Below are positions 30,712 through 41,698 of a stretch of DNA of 64,000 bases, piece after piece. The notes under the pieces were generated by a model. It had not been told where the DNA came from and did no database searches. It saw only the letters and a program-made list of their open reading frames with translations. The number at the start of each line of letters is the position of its first letter. Within the stretch, counting starts at the first letter, position 1. The position numbers and the translations under genes are program-made. The DNA is taken from positions 3,840,001 to 3,904,000 of the forward strand of contig CAXXLQ010000004.1 in assembly GCA_963668695.2 (NCBI GenBank), given 5' to 3'. Source of the stretch: Vicinamibacteria bacterium. GTDB taxonomy: Bacteria; Acidobacteriota; Vicinamibacteria; Marinacidobacterales; Marinacidobacteraceae.

Positions 30712-30851
30712 GGCTCACGCCCTCATGGTGTCAGAAGGCGGCAGTATCACCAGCGCCGCAACCTCTTGAACGCGAATTCAGAAGATCCCCGCAATTCCTT
30801 GAATTCGAGGTCAATTCCGAACCGGAGCGCCGGCGCCTCGTTGCCGGGGAT

Positions 30852-31550
30852 ATGCGCGTTCGTCTCCGACCCCTTCTCCTCTCCGGCGCTCTCCTCACCG
30901 CGTCGAACTCCGCCGCCTCGAACTCCGCCGCGGTTTCTCCCGGCCTCCTCCTTCCGCAGATCGAGTTGCCGGCGGTCGCTCGGACGGAGCCGCTCCAGGT
31001 GCGGTTCTATGACCCCTATCACCTGCTTTCCCGCGAGACCCGCGAACGGCTCCAGGAGGAGGTGGTCCTCGCTTTCGAGGCGAGCGAAATCGGACTCCGT
31101 TTCGTCGGCCGCGGAGGCCCGGGGGTGATTCCCGCAACCCTCTATCCCGAGCTCCCGGACCGCTGGGACGTTGCCCCCGAGGCGATCGGAGTAGCGATCG
31201 GGGTGCAGGGGGAACGCCGGTCGATATTCCTGTCGCTCGGGGCCGCCGAGCGGGCGCTCGGTTTGCCCCTTGCCCGGCGCACCGAGTGGAACGGAAAGGG
31301 GAAGCGGGCAAAACGCCACCTGGCGGGCTCGCAGCCCCGCCGCCTCGGAATCGCCCTCGGCCGCGTCCTTGCCCACGAACTCACCCACACGATCGCCCCC
31401 GAATGCCCCCACACGAAGAGCGGTCTGATGGCAAAGCGGCTGAGCCGCAGAATGCTTACCGCTCCCGGAGTCCGGTTCGACGCCCAGGCGACCCGTCACC
31501 TGCAGCAAAGGGTGGCGAATCTCCGCGCGAACGCTCCGGAGTCAGGCTGA
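30852..31550 (+). CDS. Hypothetical secreted zincin-like protein
   Basis: Signal-like N-terminus; LGRVLAHELTH...CPH...GLM motif. Confidence 0.6.
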   Translation: MRVRLRPLLLSGALLTASNSAASNSAAVSPGLLLPQIELPAVARTEPLQVRFYDPYHLLSRETRERLQEEVVLAFEASEIGLRFVGRGGPGVIPATLYPELPDRWDVAPEAIGVAIGVQGERRSIFLSLGAAERALGLPLARRTEWNGKGKRAKRHLAGSQPRRLGIALGRVLAHELTHTIAPECPHTKSGLMAKRLSRRMLTAPGVRFDAQATRHLQQRVANLRANAPESG

Positions 31551-31654
31551 TCCGGCTCCCGGAGAGGCCCGGGCCCGGCCCCCGGAGAAACCCGGACCCG
31601 GCCCCCCGTCGAATATGGAGAGGAGCGCCCGCCGGACCCGGTTAGAGTTTGCCT

Positions 31655-32860
31655 ATGCGGCGTCAGAGTCCGCACCGGCAGCGGATCCTCGTGCTCGCCG
31701 GCCTGGTGGCCGGCGCCCTCGGGGTCGCCCTGTTCCAGGGCGCGCTCACCATGCCGGAACGGGTGGAAGCGCTCTACACCACCGGTATCTATCCGCTGGT
31801 CGTCCGCGGGTTCTCCTTCCTCAGCGGCCTCGTTCCCTTCTCGCTGGCCGAACTGCTGATCGCGGCCGCCGCCTTGTTCGTGATCGCGCGCCTCACCTGG
31901 CGCCTCACCTCGCGCCTCACCTGGCGGTTGACCGGCCGCTTCCGACAAAACGCCGCGACCGGGGAATCGCCGCCGGCGCAAACCACCACTCTCCGCCGGC
32001 TGGCGCACACCGCGATCTTCGCGCTCGCCGGAGCCGGCGCCCTCTACGCCGTCTTCGTCGCGGTGTGGGGGCTGAACTACGCGCGGCCCCGCCTCGAACA
32101 CCGTCTGGGTCTCCCGATCGGCCAGATCGAGGAGCCGGAGCTCGTCCGCCTGGCCACCCGCGTCGCGGCCGACACCACCCGCCTCCACCGGCTCGCCGGC
32201 CTCCCGCTCCACGCGGTGTCGACGAATCCCCTCGACTTCGGCACCCTCAGCACCGCCATTGACGAGGCGTACGACGCCCTGCAGCTCCCGGGCGACCCCG
32301 GTCCGCGGAGGCTCAGCCCGGTCAAGCCGGCCGTCTTTTCGGGACTCCTGTCCCGCCTCGGCATCAGCGGCATCTTCGTCCCCTTCACCGGCGAGCCCAC
32401 CGTGAACACCGGCCCCCCGGACGTCGCCGTTGCGTTCACGGCCGCGCACGAGAAGGCGCACCAGCGGGCCATCACTCATGAGGGCGAAGCGAGTTTCGCC
32501 GCGTATCTGGCGCTGTCCCGGCAGCGGCGGCAGCCTTACCTTTCCTACGCCGCTTCCTTCTTCGCCGCCAGGCATCTGCTCGCAGCCGTCAGACATGCCG
32601 GCACGGAGGACCGGGACCGCGCCTGGGCCGCCTTCGGACCCGGGCCACGGCGCGATCTGGACGCTCTCAACGCTTTCTGGGCCCAGCACCGGGGCATGGT
32701 TCGCGGCGCCGCCCAGCGGGTGAACGATTCCTACCTGCGCACCATGCGGATCCCCGACGGCGCCCGCAGTTACGGCACGGTGGTGCGCCTGCTGATCGCC
32801 GACCTGCGGCGGCGGCCGGCGCCTCCGGTCGGGATCACGACCGACGACAGCGAGGGCTGA
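31655..32860 (+). CDS. DUF3810 family membrane protein (HExxH)
   Basis: PFSLAE, WGLNYAR, GISGIFVPFTGE..VN, AHEKAHQ..EGEASF motifs. Confidence 0.85.
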   Translation: MRRQSPHRQRILVLAGLVAGALGVALFQGALTMPERVEALYTTGIYPLVVRGFSFLSGLVPFSLAELLIAAAALFVIARLTWRLTSRLTWRLTGRFRQNAATGESPPAQTTTLRRLAHTAIFALAGAGALYAVFVAVWGLNYARPRLEHRLGLPIGQIEEPELVRLATRVAADTTRLHRLAGLPLHAVSTNPLDFGTLSTAIDEAYDALQLPGDPGPRRLSPVKPAVFSGLLSRLGISGIFVPFTGEPTVNTGPPDVAVAFTAAHEKAHQRAITHEGEASFAAYLALSRQRRQPYLSYAASFFAARHLLAAVRHAGTEDRDRAWAAFGPGPRRDLDALNAFWAQHRGMVRGAAQRVNDSYLRTMRIPDGARSYGTVVRLLIADLRRRPAPPVGITTDDSEG

Positions 32861-32876
32861 GGGCCGAAACCCCCAT

Positions 32877-32957
32877 CCGCGGGGGATTGGCCCGCGGGGG
32901 ATTGGTCCGCGGGGGATTGGTCCGCGGGGGATTGGTCCGCGGGGGATTGGCCCGCGG
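32877..32957. repeat. 15-bp tandem repeat ccgcgggggattgg(c/t) x5
   Basis: Directly visible between convergent genes. Confidence 0.9.
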
Positions 32958-32967
32958 ACTCCCGCCC

Positions 32968-34485
32968 TCAGTCGGCTGCGCCCACGGCTTCGTCCACCTC
33001 GGACTCGCCGGGGAACCGCAGCGCGGTTTCGAAAAGCGTCCGCACGCCGAAGCCGGTGGCGCCCTTCGGGTAGTACTTCCACGGCTTTTCCACGATGAAG
33101 GGCCCGGCGATGTCGAGGTGGGCCCACTTGGCGCCTTCCGGAACGAACTCCTGGAGGAAGAGGGCGGCGGTGATCGCGCCCGCGTTGATGCCGCCGATGT
33201 TCTTGAGGTCCGCTGAGTCGCAGCGGAGTTCCTCGGCGTATTCCTTGACCAGCGGCAGCTCCCAGAACAACTCGCCGTGCGGCTCGCCCGCCTCGATCAC
33301 GGCGCGCACCCACTCGGCGTCGTTCCCCATGACTCCGGCGACCCCGGTGCCGAGCGCGCGCACGGCGGCTCCGGTCAGGGTCGCGACGTCCACGATGTGC
33401 GTTGCGCCCTCCTCGCCGGCACGGGCCAGCCCATCGGTGAGCACGAGGCGGCCCTCGGCGTCGGTGTTGTCCACCATCACGGACTTGCCGTTGCGGGCGC
33501 GGAAGATGTCTCCCGGCCGCGTAGCCGACGGTCCCGGATAGTTCTCGGCGGCCGCCACGATTCCGGTGACCGTCACCGGCACGCCCTCCCGGGCCACGGC
33601 CGACATGGCGGCGAGCACCGCGGCAGCCCCGGACATGTCGCCCTTCATGGTCCACATCCCGGAGGGCGGTTTGAGCGATATGCCGCCGGTGTCGAAGGTG
33701 ATGCCCTTGCCCACGAGAGCGAGGTGGTTCCCGTTCTTCGGGGCGTCCGGCGGGCGGTGCCGGAGCACGATGAGGCACGGAGGCCGGTGGCTCCCCTGCC
33801 CGACGGAGATCAGCCCGGGATACCCCTCCTCCTGGAGCGCCTTCTCGTTCCAGACCTGGACCTCGAGTCCGGTTTCGGCCGCGATCCGATGGGCCTCGCG
33901 GGCCAGGGTTTCCGGAGTGACGGCTTCCGCCGGCTCGTTGATGAGATCCCGGGCGCGGTTCACTTCGGAAGCGAGCCGCACGGAGCGGGCGACCCCCTCC
34001 CGGGCCTCTTCGAGGGCTTCCTCGGCGACCACGATCCGCACCCTCGGAGATGCCGGGTCGCCGGGATCCTTGAGGTACCGCGCGAAGCGGTACGCGCCGA
34101 GGGTGGCGCCTTCCGCCACCGCTCCCGCGAAGGCGAGACCATCACGGCCCTGGAGCGAGAAGACCACTTCCCCGTGATGGAAGTCGCGGGCGTGCCGGAG
34201 GGCGCGCGCCGCCAGAATGCGAACTCCGTCGGACACCGGATAGTTGCTGGTGGCCCGGGTGTGGAGCGCCAGAGTCGAGGCGCTCCGCGGCCCGCCATGC
34301 CCCGCCACCGCTCTTTTGACCTTCGGGTCCCCGAAGATCCTCGCGGCGTTCGTCAGGAAATCGTTTTCCCATCCCGCCTTCGGGGCGGCGAAGTCGTGGA
34401 CGTCATCAAGGAGATACGCGACCAGCGAACCTCCCCGGGCGGAGGCGTCCGCCGAAACCTGAACCTGCGGTGTCTCAGTCCTCAT
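32968..34485 (-). CDS. pepA: Leucyl aminopeptidase (M17)
   Basis: [34 protein letters not shown] motifs. Confidence 0.95.
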   Translation of the reverse strand: MRTETPQVQVSADASARGGSLVAYLLDDVHDFAAPKAGWENDFLTNAARIFGDPKVKRAVAGHGGPRSASTLALHTRATSNYPVSDGVRILAARALRHARDFHHGEVVFSLQGRDGLAFAGAVAEGATLGAYRFARYLKDPGDPASPRVRIVVAEEALEEAREGVARSVRLASEVNRARDLINEPAEAVTPETLAREAHRIAAETGLEVQVWNEKALQEEGYPGLISVGQGSHRPPCLIVLRHRPPDAPKNGNHLALVGKGITFDTGGISLKPPSGMWTMKGDMSGAAAVLAAMSAVAREGVPVTVTGIVAAAENYPGPSATRPGDIFRARNGKSVMVDNTDAEGRLVLTDGLARAGEEGATHIVDVATLTGAAVRALGTGVAGVMGNDAEWVRAVIEAGEPHGELFWELPLVKEYAEELRCDSADLKNIGGINAGAITAALFLQEFVPEGAKWAHLDIAGPFIVEKPWKYYPKGATGFGVRTLFETALRFPGESEVDEAVGAAD

Positions 34486-36439
34486 CGCCGTACTCCTCCC
34501 TGAGCTTCTGCACCACCGCCGGATCGGCCAGCGTGGTGGTATCGCCGATCGCCTTGCCCGCCGCGATGTCCCGGAGCAGGCGCCGCATGATCTTTCCGGA
34601 CCGCGTCTTGGGCACGTCCGCCGCCAACACGATGTCGTCGGGGCGGGCGATGGGTCCGATCGCCTGGACGACGTGCGCCTTCAGTTCGGCGATGAGGCCG
34701 TCATGCGCCGTGGCGCTCTCCCGGAGGACGACGAAGGCGGCGATCCCCTCTCCCTTGATCTCGTGCGGACGACCGACCACCGCCGCTTCCGCGACGGCCT
34801 CGTGTTCCACCAGGGCGCTCTCGATTTCCGCGGCCCCCAGACGGTGGCCGGAGACGTTCAGCACGTCGTCCACCCGGCCCATGAACCAGTAGTAGCCGTC
34901 CTCGTCGCGCCGGGCGCCATCCGCCGCGAAGTAGATGTCCTTCCACTGGCTCCAGTAGGTCTCCCGGAAACGTTCCTCGTCGCCCCAGATGCCGCGCAGC
35001 ATGGAGGGCCAGGGCCGGGTGATGGCGAGCAGCCCGCCGCCGACCTCGACCCGCTCTCCCCGGCGGTCCAGGATGTCGAGGGAGATCCCCGGAAAGGCGC
35101 GGGTCGCGGATCCAGGCTTCAGAGTGGTCACCCCGGGGAGCGGGGTCGCCATGATGGCTCCCGTTTCGGTCTGCCACCAGGTGTCCACCACCGGGCAGCG
35201 CCCGCCCCCGATCTCCCGGTGGTACCAGACCCAGGCCTCGGGGTTGATGGGCTCTCCCACCGTTCCCAGGAGGCGCAGCGAGGTCAGGTCACGGGAGGCC
35301 GGATGTTCGGCTCCCCACTTCATGAAGGCGCGGATGGCCGTCGGCGCGGTGTAGAGGCAGCTCACCCCATAGCGCTCCACGATGGACCAGATCCGGGCGC
35401 GGTTCGGAAAGTCGGGCGCACCCTCGTACATGACCTGGGTGACCCCGAGCGCGAGCGGGCCATAGACGATGTAGGAGTGGCCGGTCACCCAGCCGATGTC
35501 CGCCGCCGCCCACCAGACGTCGGAGTCCTTCAGGTCGAAGACGGCGCGCGCGGTGGCGGTGACCGAAGTGAGGTAGCCGCCGGTGGTGTGCACGATCCCC
35601 TTGGGCTTCCCGGTGGTGCCCGAGGTATAGAGGATGTAGAGGATGTCCTCGGCGTCCATTTCCTCGGGCTCGGCCGTGTCGGGAACGCCCTCCACGAGAT
35701 CCGCCCAGTCGTGGTCCCGGCCGGCCCGCATCCCGACCTGCTGGCCGGTGCGGCGCACCATCACCACCCCGGTGATGGACGGCGTATCCTCGAGAGCCTC
35801 GTCGGCAATGTCCTTCAGCGGCACGATCCCGCCGCGCCGGTAGCCGCCGTCGGCGGTGATCAGCACCTTTGCCTCGGCGTCGTTGATCCGGTCGCGGAGC
35901 GACTGCGCGGAAAAGCCGGCGAAGACCACGCTGTGGGGCGCCCCGATCCGGGCGCAGGCGAGCATCGCGACCGGAAGCTCCGGGATCATCGGCAGGTAGA
36001 TCGCCACCCGGTCGCCCTTTTGGACCCCGAGGCCGCGCAGAACGTTGGTGAAGCGGCAGACCTCCCGGTGGAGGTCGGCGTAGGTCAGGGTCTTCCGGTC
36101 CCCCGGCTCGCCTTCCCAGAGGATCGCCGGACGATCGCCGCGGCCGCTGGCAAGATGCCGGTCCAGGCAGTTGACGCTCGCGTTCAGCTTTCCGCCGACG
36201 AACCAGCGAGCGAAGGGCGGCTTCCAGTCGAGGACCTGGTCCCACCGGCGGGTCCAGTCGAGCCGCTCCGCCTGGGCAGCCCAAAACGCTTCCGGATCGG
36301 CCTCCGCCTCCCGGTAGATGGACTCGTCCCGGACCCACGCCTGGTTCCGGAAGTCCTCCGGGGGCGGATAGACGCGCTGCTCATCGAGCAGCACCTCTAT
36401 TTCCTGTTCTGGAACTTCCTGTTTGGGTTGCTCGGCCAT
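34475..36439 (-). CDS. acs: Acetate--CoA ligase
   Basis: [32 protein letters not shown]; start MAEQPKQ. Confidence 0.96.
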   Translation of the reverse strand: MAEQPKQEVPEQEIEVLLDEQRVYPPPEDFRNQAWVRDESIYREAEADPEAFWAAQAERLDWTRRWDQVLDWKPPFARWFVGGKLNASVNCLDRHLASGRGDRPAILWEGEPGDRKTLTYADLHREVCRFTNVLRGLGVQKGDRVAIYLPMIPELPVAMLACARIGAPHSVVFAGFSAQSLRDRINDAEAKVLITADGGYRRGGIVPLKDIADEALEDTPSITGVVMVRRTGQQVGMRAGRDHDWADLVEGVPDTAEPEEMDAEDILYILYTSGTTGKPKGIVHTTGGYLTSVTATARAVFDLKDSDVWWAAADIGWVTGHSYIVYGPLALGVTQVMYEGAPDFPNRARIWSIVERYGVSCLYTAPTAIRAFMKWGAEHPASRDLTSLRLLGTVGEPINPEAWVWYHREIGGGRCPVVDTWWQTETGAIMATPLPGVTTLKPGSATRAFPGISLDILDRRGERVEVGGGLLAITRPWPSMLRGIWGDEERFRETYWSQWKDIYFAADGARRDEDGYYWFMGRVDDVLNVSGHRLGAAEIESALVEHEAVAEAAVVGRPHEIKGEGIAAFVVLRESATAHDGLIAELKAHVVQAIGPIARPDDIVLAADVPKTRSGKIMRRLLRDIAAGKAIGDTTTLADPAVVQKLREEYGDED

Positions 36440-36522
36440 CGGACGATTGTAGGAGGGTTGCGGCGGGAGCGGAACGCCGGGGTTTTCCGGGGTCGCAGCG
36501 GAATTTGGCCCCTCGGGACCGC

Positions 36523-38064
36523 TTAGAAGAGCGCGCGGCGGACGCGGCGACGGGCGGAGTGGATGGGACCGAGGAGAAGGACGGCCACCGTAACGATTTC
36601 GAGACGGCCGGCGATCATGAGGGCGGCCAACAGGAGCTTGGCCGGCTCGGGAAGGAACGCGTAGCTGGCGGCAGGTCCTACGGCGCCGAACCCCGGACCG
36701 ACGTTCGTCACGGCGGCGGCGGCAGCGCTGAAGGCAGTCAGCAGATCCACCCCCATCGCCGCGATCGCCAGCGCGCCGGCGACGGTGAGGCCGATGAACA
36801 GCAGCACGACCTCGCCGATCGTCGAACTGAGCAGCAGGGAGACCGGACTCCGGCCAACGTAGACCCGCAGTTCGGTGTGAGGCTGAATGGCCACCCGCAA
36901 AGCGAGCGGCACTTTCCGGAACAGGATCACCCAGCGGAGGATCTTGATGGAACCGGCGGTCGAGCCGGCGCAGCCGCCCGCGAACATGAGGACAAGCAGC
37001 AGCATTCGCGAAAAGTCCGGCCACTGGTTGTAATCCACGACGGAGTAACCGGTCGTGGTGATGATCGCGACCGCCGTGAACGCCGCCTGGCGCAGGCCGT
37101 CCATGGAACCCTGCCCTATCAGATAGAGACTGAGGAACAAGAGCCCGGTGCTGACCGCCACCACCCCGATGTAGAGACGCAGTTCCGGATCCGAGAAGTA
37201 GCTGGCGGCCGGGGCCGCGGTCGCCTGCCGCCCGCGGCCGCCCCGGACCCGCCGCCAGAGCCGGGTCAAGCCGGCGACGACGCGCTTCACTTCGTAGATA
37301 TGGATGGCGAAGCGCATGCCGCCGATCACCATGAAGGCGATGATGACCCACTGCACAACCGGCTCGAACGCCCCGACGCTTGCGTTCCGGGTGGAAAACC
37401 CGCCGGTCGCCAGGGTGGTGAGCGCATGGCAGATCGCGTCGAAGGCGGGCACCTCGAGGAACAGGAGCACCGCGATGAGGATCGCAGTGAGCACGGTCCC
37501 GACGATCACCGCGTCCCGCGCCGTTTCGTTGAGGTGGGGCTCGGTCTTTTCCGGGGTCGGTCCGGGCACCTCCGCGGACAGCACGTCCAACCCCCACTGG
37601 CGGCGGCCCAGCAGCCAGACGAAGATGATGATGATCCCCAGCCCGCCGAGCCACTGGGTCAGGGCTCTCCAGAGCAGTAGCGAGCGCGGAAGCGACTCCA
37701 CTTCCGTGAAGATGCTGGCTCCGGTGGTCGAGAAGCCGGACGCCGATTCGAAGATGCCGTTCACCACGAAGCCGGGGCCGAACTCCGCGATGTACGGCAG
37801 GGCCCCGAACACCGTGGCCAGGCACCACGCCAGCACTACGAAGAGATAGGAGCGACCGCCGCCCTTGGAGGGCCCGGATCGTCCGACGAGGGGGGCGAAG
37901 CGGCGGCTGAAGGCCCCGATCGCCAGCCCCAGCGCGGCGGGAGCGGCGAAGGCCAGCCAGGCCGGCTCTCCGAGGACGAGCGCGACGGCCAGGGGAATGA
38001 GCAGCGCCAACCCCAGCGCCTCGGCCATCCGCCCGAGCAGCGCGATCGTCTCCGTGCGGTTCAC
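36523..38064 (-). CDS. trkH: TrkH potassium uptake membrane protein (paralog 2)
   Basis: [41 protein letters not shown] motifs. Confidence 0.92.
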   Translation of the reverse strand: MNRTETIALLGRMAEALGLALLIPLAVALVLGEPAWLAFAAPAALGLAIGAFSRRFAPLVGRSGPSKGGGRSYLFVVLAWCLATVFGALPYIAEFGPGFVVNGIFESASGFSTTGASIFTEVESLPRSLLLWRALTQWLGGLGIIIIFVWLLGRRQWGLDVLSAEVPGPTPEKTEPHLNETARDAVIVGTVLTAILIAVLLFLEVPAFDAICHALTTLATGGFSTRNASVGAFEPVVQWVIIAFMVIGGMRFAIHIYEVKRVVAGLTRLWRRVRGGRGRQATAAPAASYFSDPELRLYIGVVAVSTGLLFLSLYLIGQGSMDGLRQAAFTAVAIITTTGYSVVDYNQWPDFSRMLLLVLMFAGGCAGSTAGSIKILRWVILFRKVPLALRVAIQPHTELRVYVGRSPVSLLLSSTIGEVVLLFIGLTVAGALAIAAMGVDLLTAFSAAAAAVTNVGPGFGAVGPAASYAFLPEPAKLLLAALMIAGRLEIVTVAVLLLGPIHSARRRVRRALF

Positions 38065-38199
38065 GGGCGCTCCGAAAGGACCGGCATCATTCGCTGCGGC
38101 CGTTGTGGCGGCCGGCCGCGGAACGATTCTAGTACGCGAACAACACTGGCCCGCTCTCCTTTTCGTGACGGGCCGCGGCGGGAGGTCGGCCCGCAGCGC

Positions 38200-39741
38200 T
38201 CAGGAGAGCAGGTCGCGAACGCGGCGGCGGGCGGAGCCAATCGGGCCCAGGAGAAGGACCGCCACCGTGACGATTTCGAGGCGGCCGGCGATCATCAGGG
38301 CGGCCAGCAGCAGTTTCGCGGTAGCGGGAAGGAAGGCGTAGTTGGCCGCGGGTCCCACCCCACCCAGACCGGGACCAACATTCGTCGCGCTGGCCGCGGC
38401 GGCGCTGAAGGCGGTGAGCGGTTCGATTCCCATGGCGACGATCGCCAGCCCTACGGCCATGGTGACCCCGACGAACAGCAGCACGAACTCTCCGATGGTC
38501 GAACTCACCGACCAGGAGACCGGCCGGCCGCCGAGGTGGACACGCAGCTCCGTATGCGGCTGGGTCGCCATCCGGAGCGTCAGCGGCATCTTGCGGAGCA
38601 GGATCACCCAGCGGAGCACCTTGATGGATCCGGCCGTGGAGCCCACACACCCCCCCACGAACATGCAGAGCAGCAGCAGCGTTCGCGAAAAATCCGGCCA
38701 GCCGTCGAAGTCCGCGGTTGCGAAACCGGTCGTGGTGATGATCGAGACCGCCTGGAACGCCGCGTGCCGGAGGCCGTCCATGGACCCCTGCCCCACCTGC
38801 TGGAGGCTGAGGAACAAGAGTCCGGTGGCGACCACCACCACCCCGATATAGAGGCGCAGTTCCGGATCTCCGAAGTAGCTGGCGAGCGGCGAGGTGGGGA
38901 CGTGACGCCAGCGACGCTCCCTCAGAGCCCGCCAGAGCCGGGTCAGGCGCGCCGAAAGGCGCTTCACTTCATAGATGTGGATGGCGAAGCGAACCCCGGC
39001 GAGCAGCATGAAGGCCGTGATGACCCACTGCACCGCCGGGGCAAAATCGGCGAGCCCGGCGTTTCGCGTGGAAAACCCGCCGGTCGCGAGGGTGGCCAGC
39101 GCGTGGCAGACCGCATCGAAGAGGGGCACCTCAAGGAAGAGGAGCAAACCCACGAGCGCCGCGGTCAGCACCGTTCCCACGATCACGGTGTCCCGGGCGG
39201 TCTCGCTGATCTTGGGCTCGGTTTTCTCCGCGGAGGGGCCAGGCGCCTCCGCCGACAGCACGTCCACCCCCCACTGGCGGCGGCCGAGCAGCCAGACGAA
39301 CAGGATGACGATCCCGAGTCCCCCGAGCCACTGGGTGAGGGCCCGCCAGAGCAGCAGCGAGCGGGGAAGCGATTCCACGTCCGTGAAGATGCTGGCTCCC
39401 GTCGTGGAAAAACCGGAGGCCGATTCAAAGAGGGCGTCCACCGCGAAACCCGGGCCGAACAGCGCGATGTACGGCAGGGCCCCGAACACCGCGGCCAGAC
39501 ACCAGGCGAGCACCACGAAGAGATAGGCGCGCGTGCCTCCCGCGGAGGGACTGGGACTTCCGACGACGGGCGCGAAACGCCGGCTGAGGCCAGAGATCGC
39601 GAGTCCCAGCGCCGCGGGAGCCGCAAAGGCCAGCCACGCCGACTCACCGAGGGCGACCGCGACCGCCAGCGGAATGAGCAGCGCCACTCCCAGCGTCCCC
39701 GCCAGCCGGCCCAGGAGCGCGAGGGTCTCGCCGCGGGTCAC
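38200..39741 (-). CDS. trkH: TrkH potassium uptake membrane protein (paralog 1)
   Basis: Same pore-loop motifs; 513 aa like its neighbour. Confidence 0.92.
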   Translation of the reverse strand: MTRGETLALLGRLAGTLGVALLIPLAVAVALGESAWLAFAAPAALGLAISGLSRRFAPVVGSPSPSAGGTRAYLFVVLAWCLAAVFGALPYIALFGPGFAVDALFESASGFSTTGASIFTDVESLPRSLLLWRALTQWLGGLGIVILFVWLLGRRQWGVDVLSAEAPGPSAEKTEPKISETARDTVIVGTVLTAALVGLLLFLEVPLFDAVCHALATLATGGFSTRNAGLADFAPAVQWVITAFMLLAGVRFAIHIYEVKRLSARLTRLWRALRERRWRHVPTSPLASYFGDPELRLYIGVVVVATGLLFLSLQQVGQGSMDGLRHAAFQAVSIITTTGFATADFDGWPDFSRTLLLLCMFVGGCVGSTAGSIKVLRWVILLRKMPLTLRMATQPHTELRVHLGGRPVSWSVSSTIGEFVLLFVGVTMAVGLAIVAMGIEPLTAFSAAAASATNVGPGLGGVGPAANYAFLPATAKLLLAALMIAGRLEIVTVAVLLLGPIGSARRRVRDLLS

Positions 39742-39763
39742 GGGCGTTGCGGGAGGACCGTCT

Positions 39764-41140
39764 TCATTCGTTCCGGCGCCCGAACAGCTCTTCGAGTTCC
39801 GAAAGCAGGGATTCCGGCTCGCCGGATCTGCCGGCGGCGTCGCGGCTCATGAAGAGGGCCACGCGATCTCCGGGAACGAACTCGGTGTCGCCGTTCGGCA
39901 CGAAGGGCGCCGACCGGGCGCGAACCACCTCGCCGACGATGCAGGTGTGGGGGACCCCGAGCTTCCGGAGCGGCGCCCGGGTGGCGGGGCTCCCCTCGGC
40001 GACCTCGAATTCCACGAGCTCGCCGCCGCCCTCCACGAAATCGAGCCGGACCATCGCGCGGGTGTGCAGGAGCTTCAGGAGAGCTCCCGCGGAGATCACT
40101 CCCGGGGAAATCGGATGGTCCACCCCGAGATGCCGCATCGCCTCGTGGAGGTCGTCCCGGTTGTAGAGGGCGACGGTCCGCCGCGCGCCCGCCTTCTTCG
40201 CGAGGTGTGCCGCCATCAGGTTCACTTCGTCGGCGTCGGTGGCGGCCACGAAGAAATCCGCATCCCCGACTCCCGCTTCCTGCAGAATGTCCTCATCCGT
40301 CGCGTCCCCGACGATCGTGTGAGCCGCCAAGGGGAACCCGGAAGTCGGATGCCGGCGGATGGCGGTGAGGTCCACATCGTCATCAAGCAGGAGTTCTCCC
40401 AGGCGCTGGCCGACCTGTCCGAGCCCTGCAATCACCACCCGCCGGGCCGGCCGCTGGCTCACCCCGATGGTCTTCAGAAAGTTCCGCGCTTCGCTGGCGG
40501 GCCCGACGGCGAAGATCTCGTCACCCTCTTGCACCCGGGTCCGGCCGCGCGGGATCTCGAGAGGCCCGCCGCCCTTGCGGAGGATCCCGGTCAGGATCCA
40601 GCCGCGAGGCGCGGTATCGATCTCCTCAAGCGGCCGGTCGAACGCCGCCGGCGGCTGCGGCGCCGCGCGCAGCAGCACGAGCACCCCTTCCCCGAAGGAA
40701 CGGACGGAGCGCGCGCCCGGATAGCGGAGGATTCCGAGGATCTCCTCCGCAACCAGTTCCTCCGGAAAGATCGTCTCGATCGCCTCTCGCCGGCCCTCCT
40801 CGGCGAGCAACGGATTCTGCCGGTGTCTTTGATCGCTCAGGCGGACAACGGCGCGGTGCACGCCGATTGCCGGATCGGTTGCGGTCAGCGCCGCGAGCAT
40901 GTTCGTGGCGTCATCGTTCGTGAGCGCAAACAAGGCGTCGGCGCCCGCGCAGTGCTGGGTGAGGACCGCCGGAACGCGGGCGTCACCCTCCACGATCCCG
41001 ATGTCGTATTTCCGTTGCAGATGAATGCGGATCTCGGGATTCCGCTCGACCAGCGTGATGTCGTGGTGCTCGGGAAGCCGGCTCAACTGCCGGATCAGGT
41101 GCTCGCCCATCCGGCCCGCACCCAAGACGACGAGACGCAT
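39764..41140 (-). CDS. trkA: Trk potassium uptake regulatory protein
   Basis: Two RCK_N domains (GAGRMG, GLGQVG) with RCK_C domains; start MRLVVLG. Confidence 0.9.
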   Translation of the reverse strand: MRLVVLGAGRMGEHLIRQLSRLPEHHDITLVERNPEIRIHLQRKYDIGIVEGDARVPAVLTQHCAGADALFALTNDDATNMLAALTATDPAIGVHRAVVRLSDQRHRQNPLLAEEGRREAIETIFPEELVAEEILGILRYPGARSVRSFGEGVLVLLRAAPQPPAAFDRPLEEIDTAPRGWILTGILRKGGGPLEIPRGRTRVQEGDEIFAVGPASEARNFLKTIGVSQRPARRVVIAGLGQVGQRLGELLLDDDVDLTAIRRHPTSGFPLAAHTIVGDATDEDILQEAGVGDADFFVAATDADEVNLMAAHLAKKAGARRTVALYNRDDLHEAMRHLGVDHPISPGVISAGALLKLLHTRAMVRLDFVEGGGELVEFEVAEGSPATRAPLRKLGVPHTCIVGEVVRARSAPFVPNGDTEFVPGDRVALFMSRDAAGRSGEPESLLSELEELFGRRNE

Positions 41141-41143
41141 TCT

Positions 41144-41406
41144 TAACAGCCCGTGGAAAAAGCACCCCGCACGATTTCCGGAACGGTACGTGCGGCGATT
41201 CCGGCGATTTGTGCGCGTGCGGGGCGCTTTCCCCACGGGGTGATGGCGCGAATCGCTCCGCGATCCGCACCATCGTCTTTCGTGGGGAGGGGAATCCCCT
41301 CCCCACACCCCTCCCCCGCGGCGCTGCGCGCCGCGACCCCACACCCCTCCCCCGCGGCGCTGCGCGCCGCAAATGGATCGGACCAGAGTTTCGCCACAGC
41401 CTGTTA
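41144..41406. mobile_element. Second MITE subtype: same inverted ends, unrelated interior
   Basis: taacagcccgtgg ... ccacagcctgtta; internal hairpin ggggagggga-a-tcccctcccc and a ~34-bp direct repeat. Confidence 0.7.
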
Positions 41407-41644
41407 ACAGCCTGTGGTGAAACCCGGGTGAGCGCCGAGGCCGGTGAGGCCCAGTTCTCCCGGTGGGGCCAGTTCTCCCGGTGGGGGCCCGGCTGACAAG
41501 GCGCGTGAGGGAGGAGCCCCCACCGGGAGAACTGGCCCGGGTGTATTCCGACCGAAACGCAACGCAGAACGGAGCGAAGCGGAGTGGTTCAGCCGGGATG
41601 GATCGCCGGGCGAACGCCGTCTGGGTTTCATCACAGGCTGTTAA
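41405..41644. mobile_element. MITE-like element, full length, three micro-inserts; shares a TTAA junction with the previous element
   Basis: taacagcctgtggtgaaaccc ... gggtttcatcacaggctgttaa. Confidence 0.85.
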
Positions 41645-41698
41645 AACCGCATCCCTTTCCCGAGGGGGAAGGGCGCGCGGGGAAACTACCCTAACGGG

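Noticed and set aside
27162-30851. 1462-aa ORF
   Set aside because: Shadow frame over DPP IV, antisense lhgO and repeats; only the 3' part from 30852 looks like a real protein
36440-37828. N-terminal extension of the acs ORF
   Set aside because: Off-frame overlap with trkH; Acs-like sequence begins at MAEQPK
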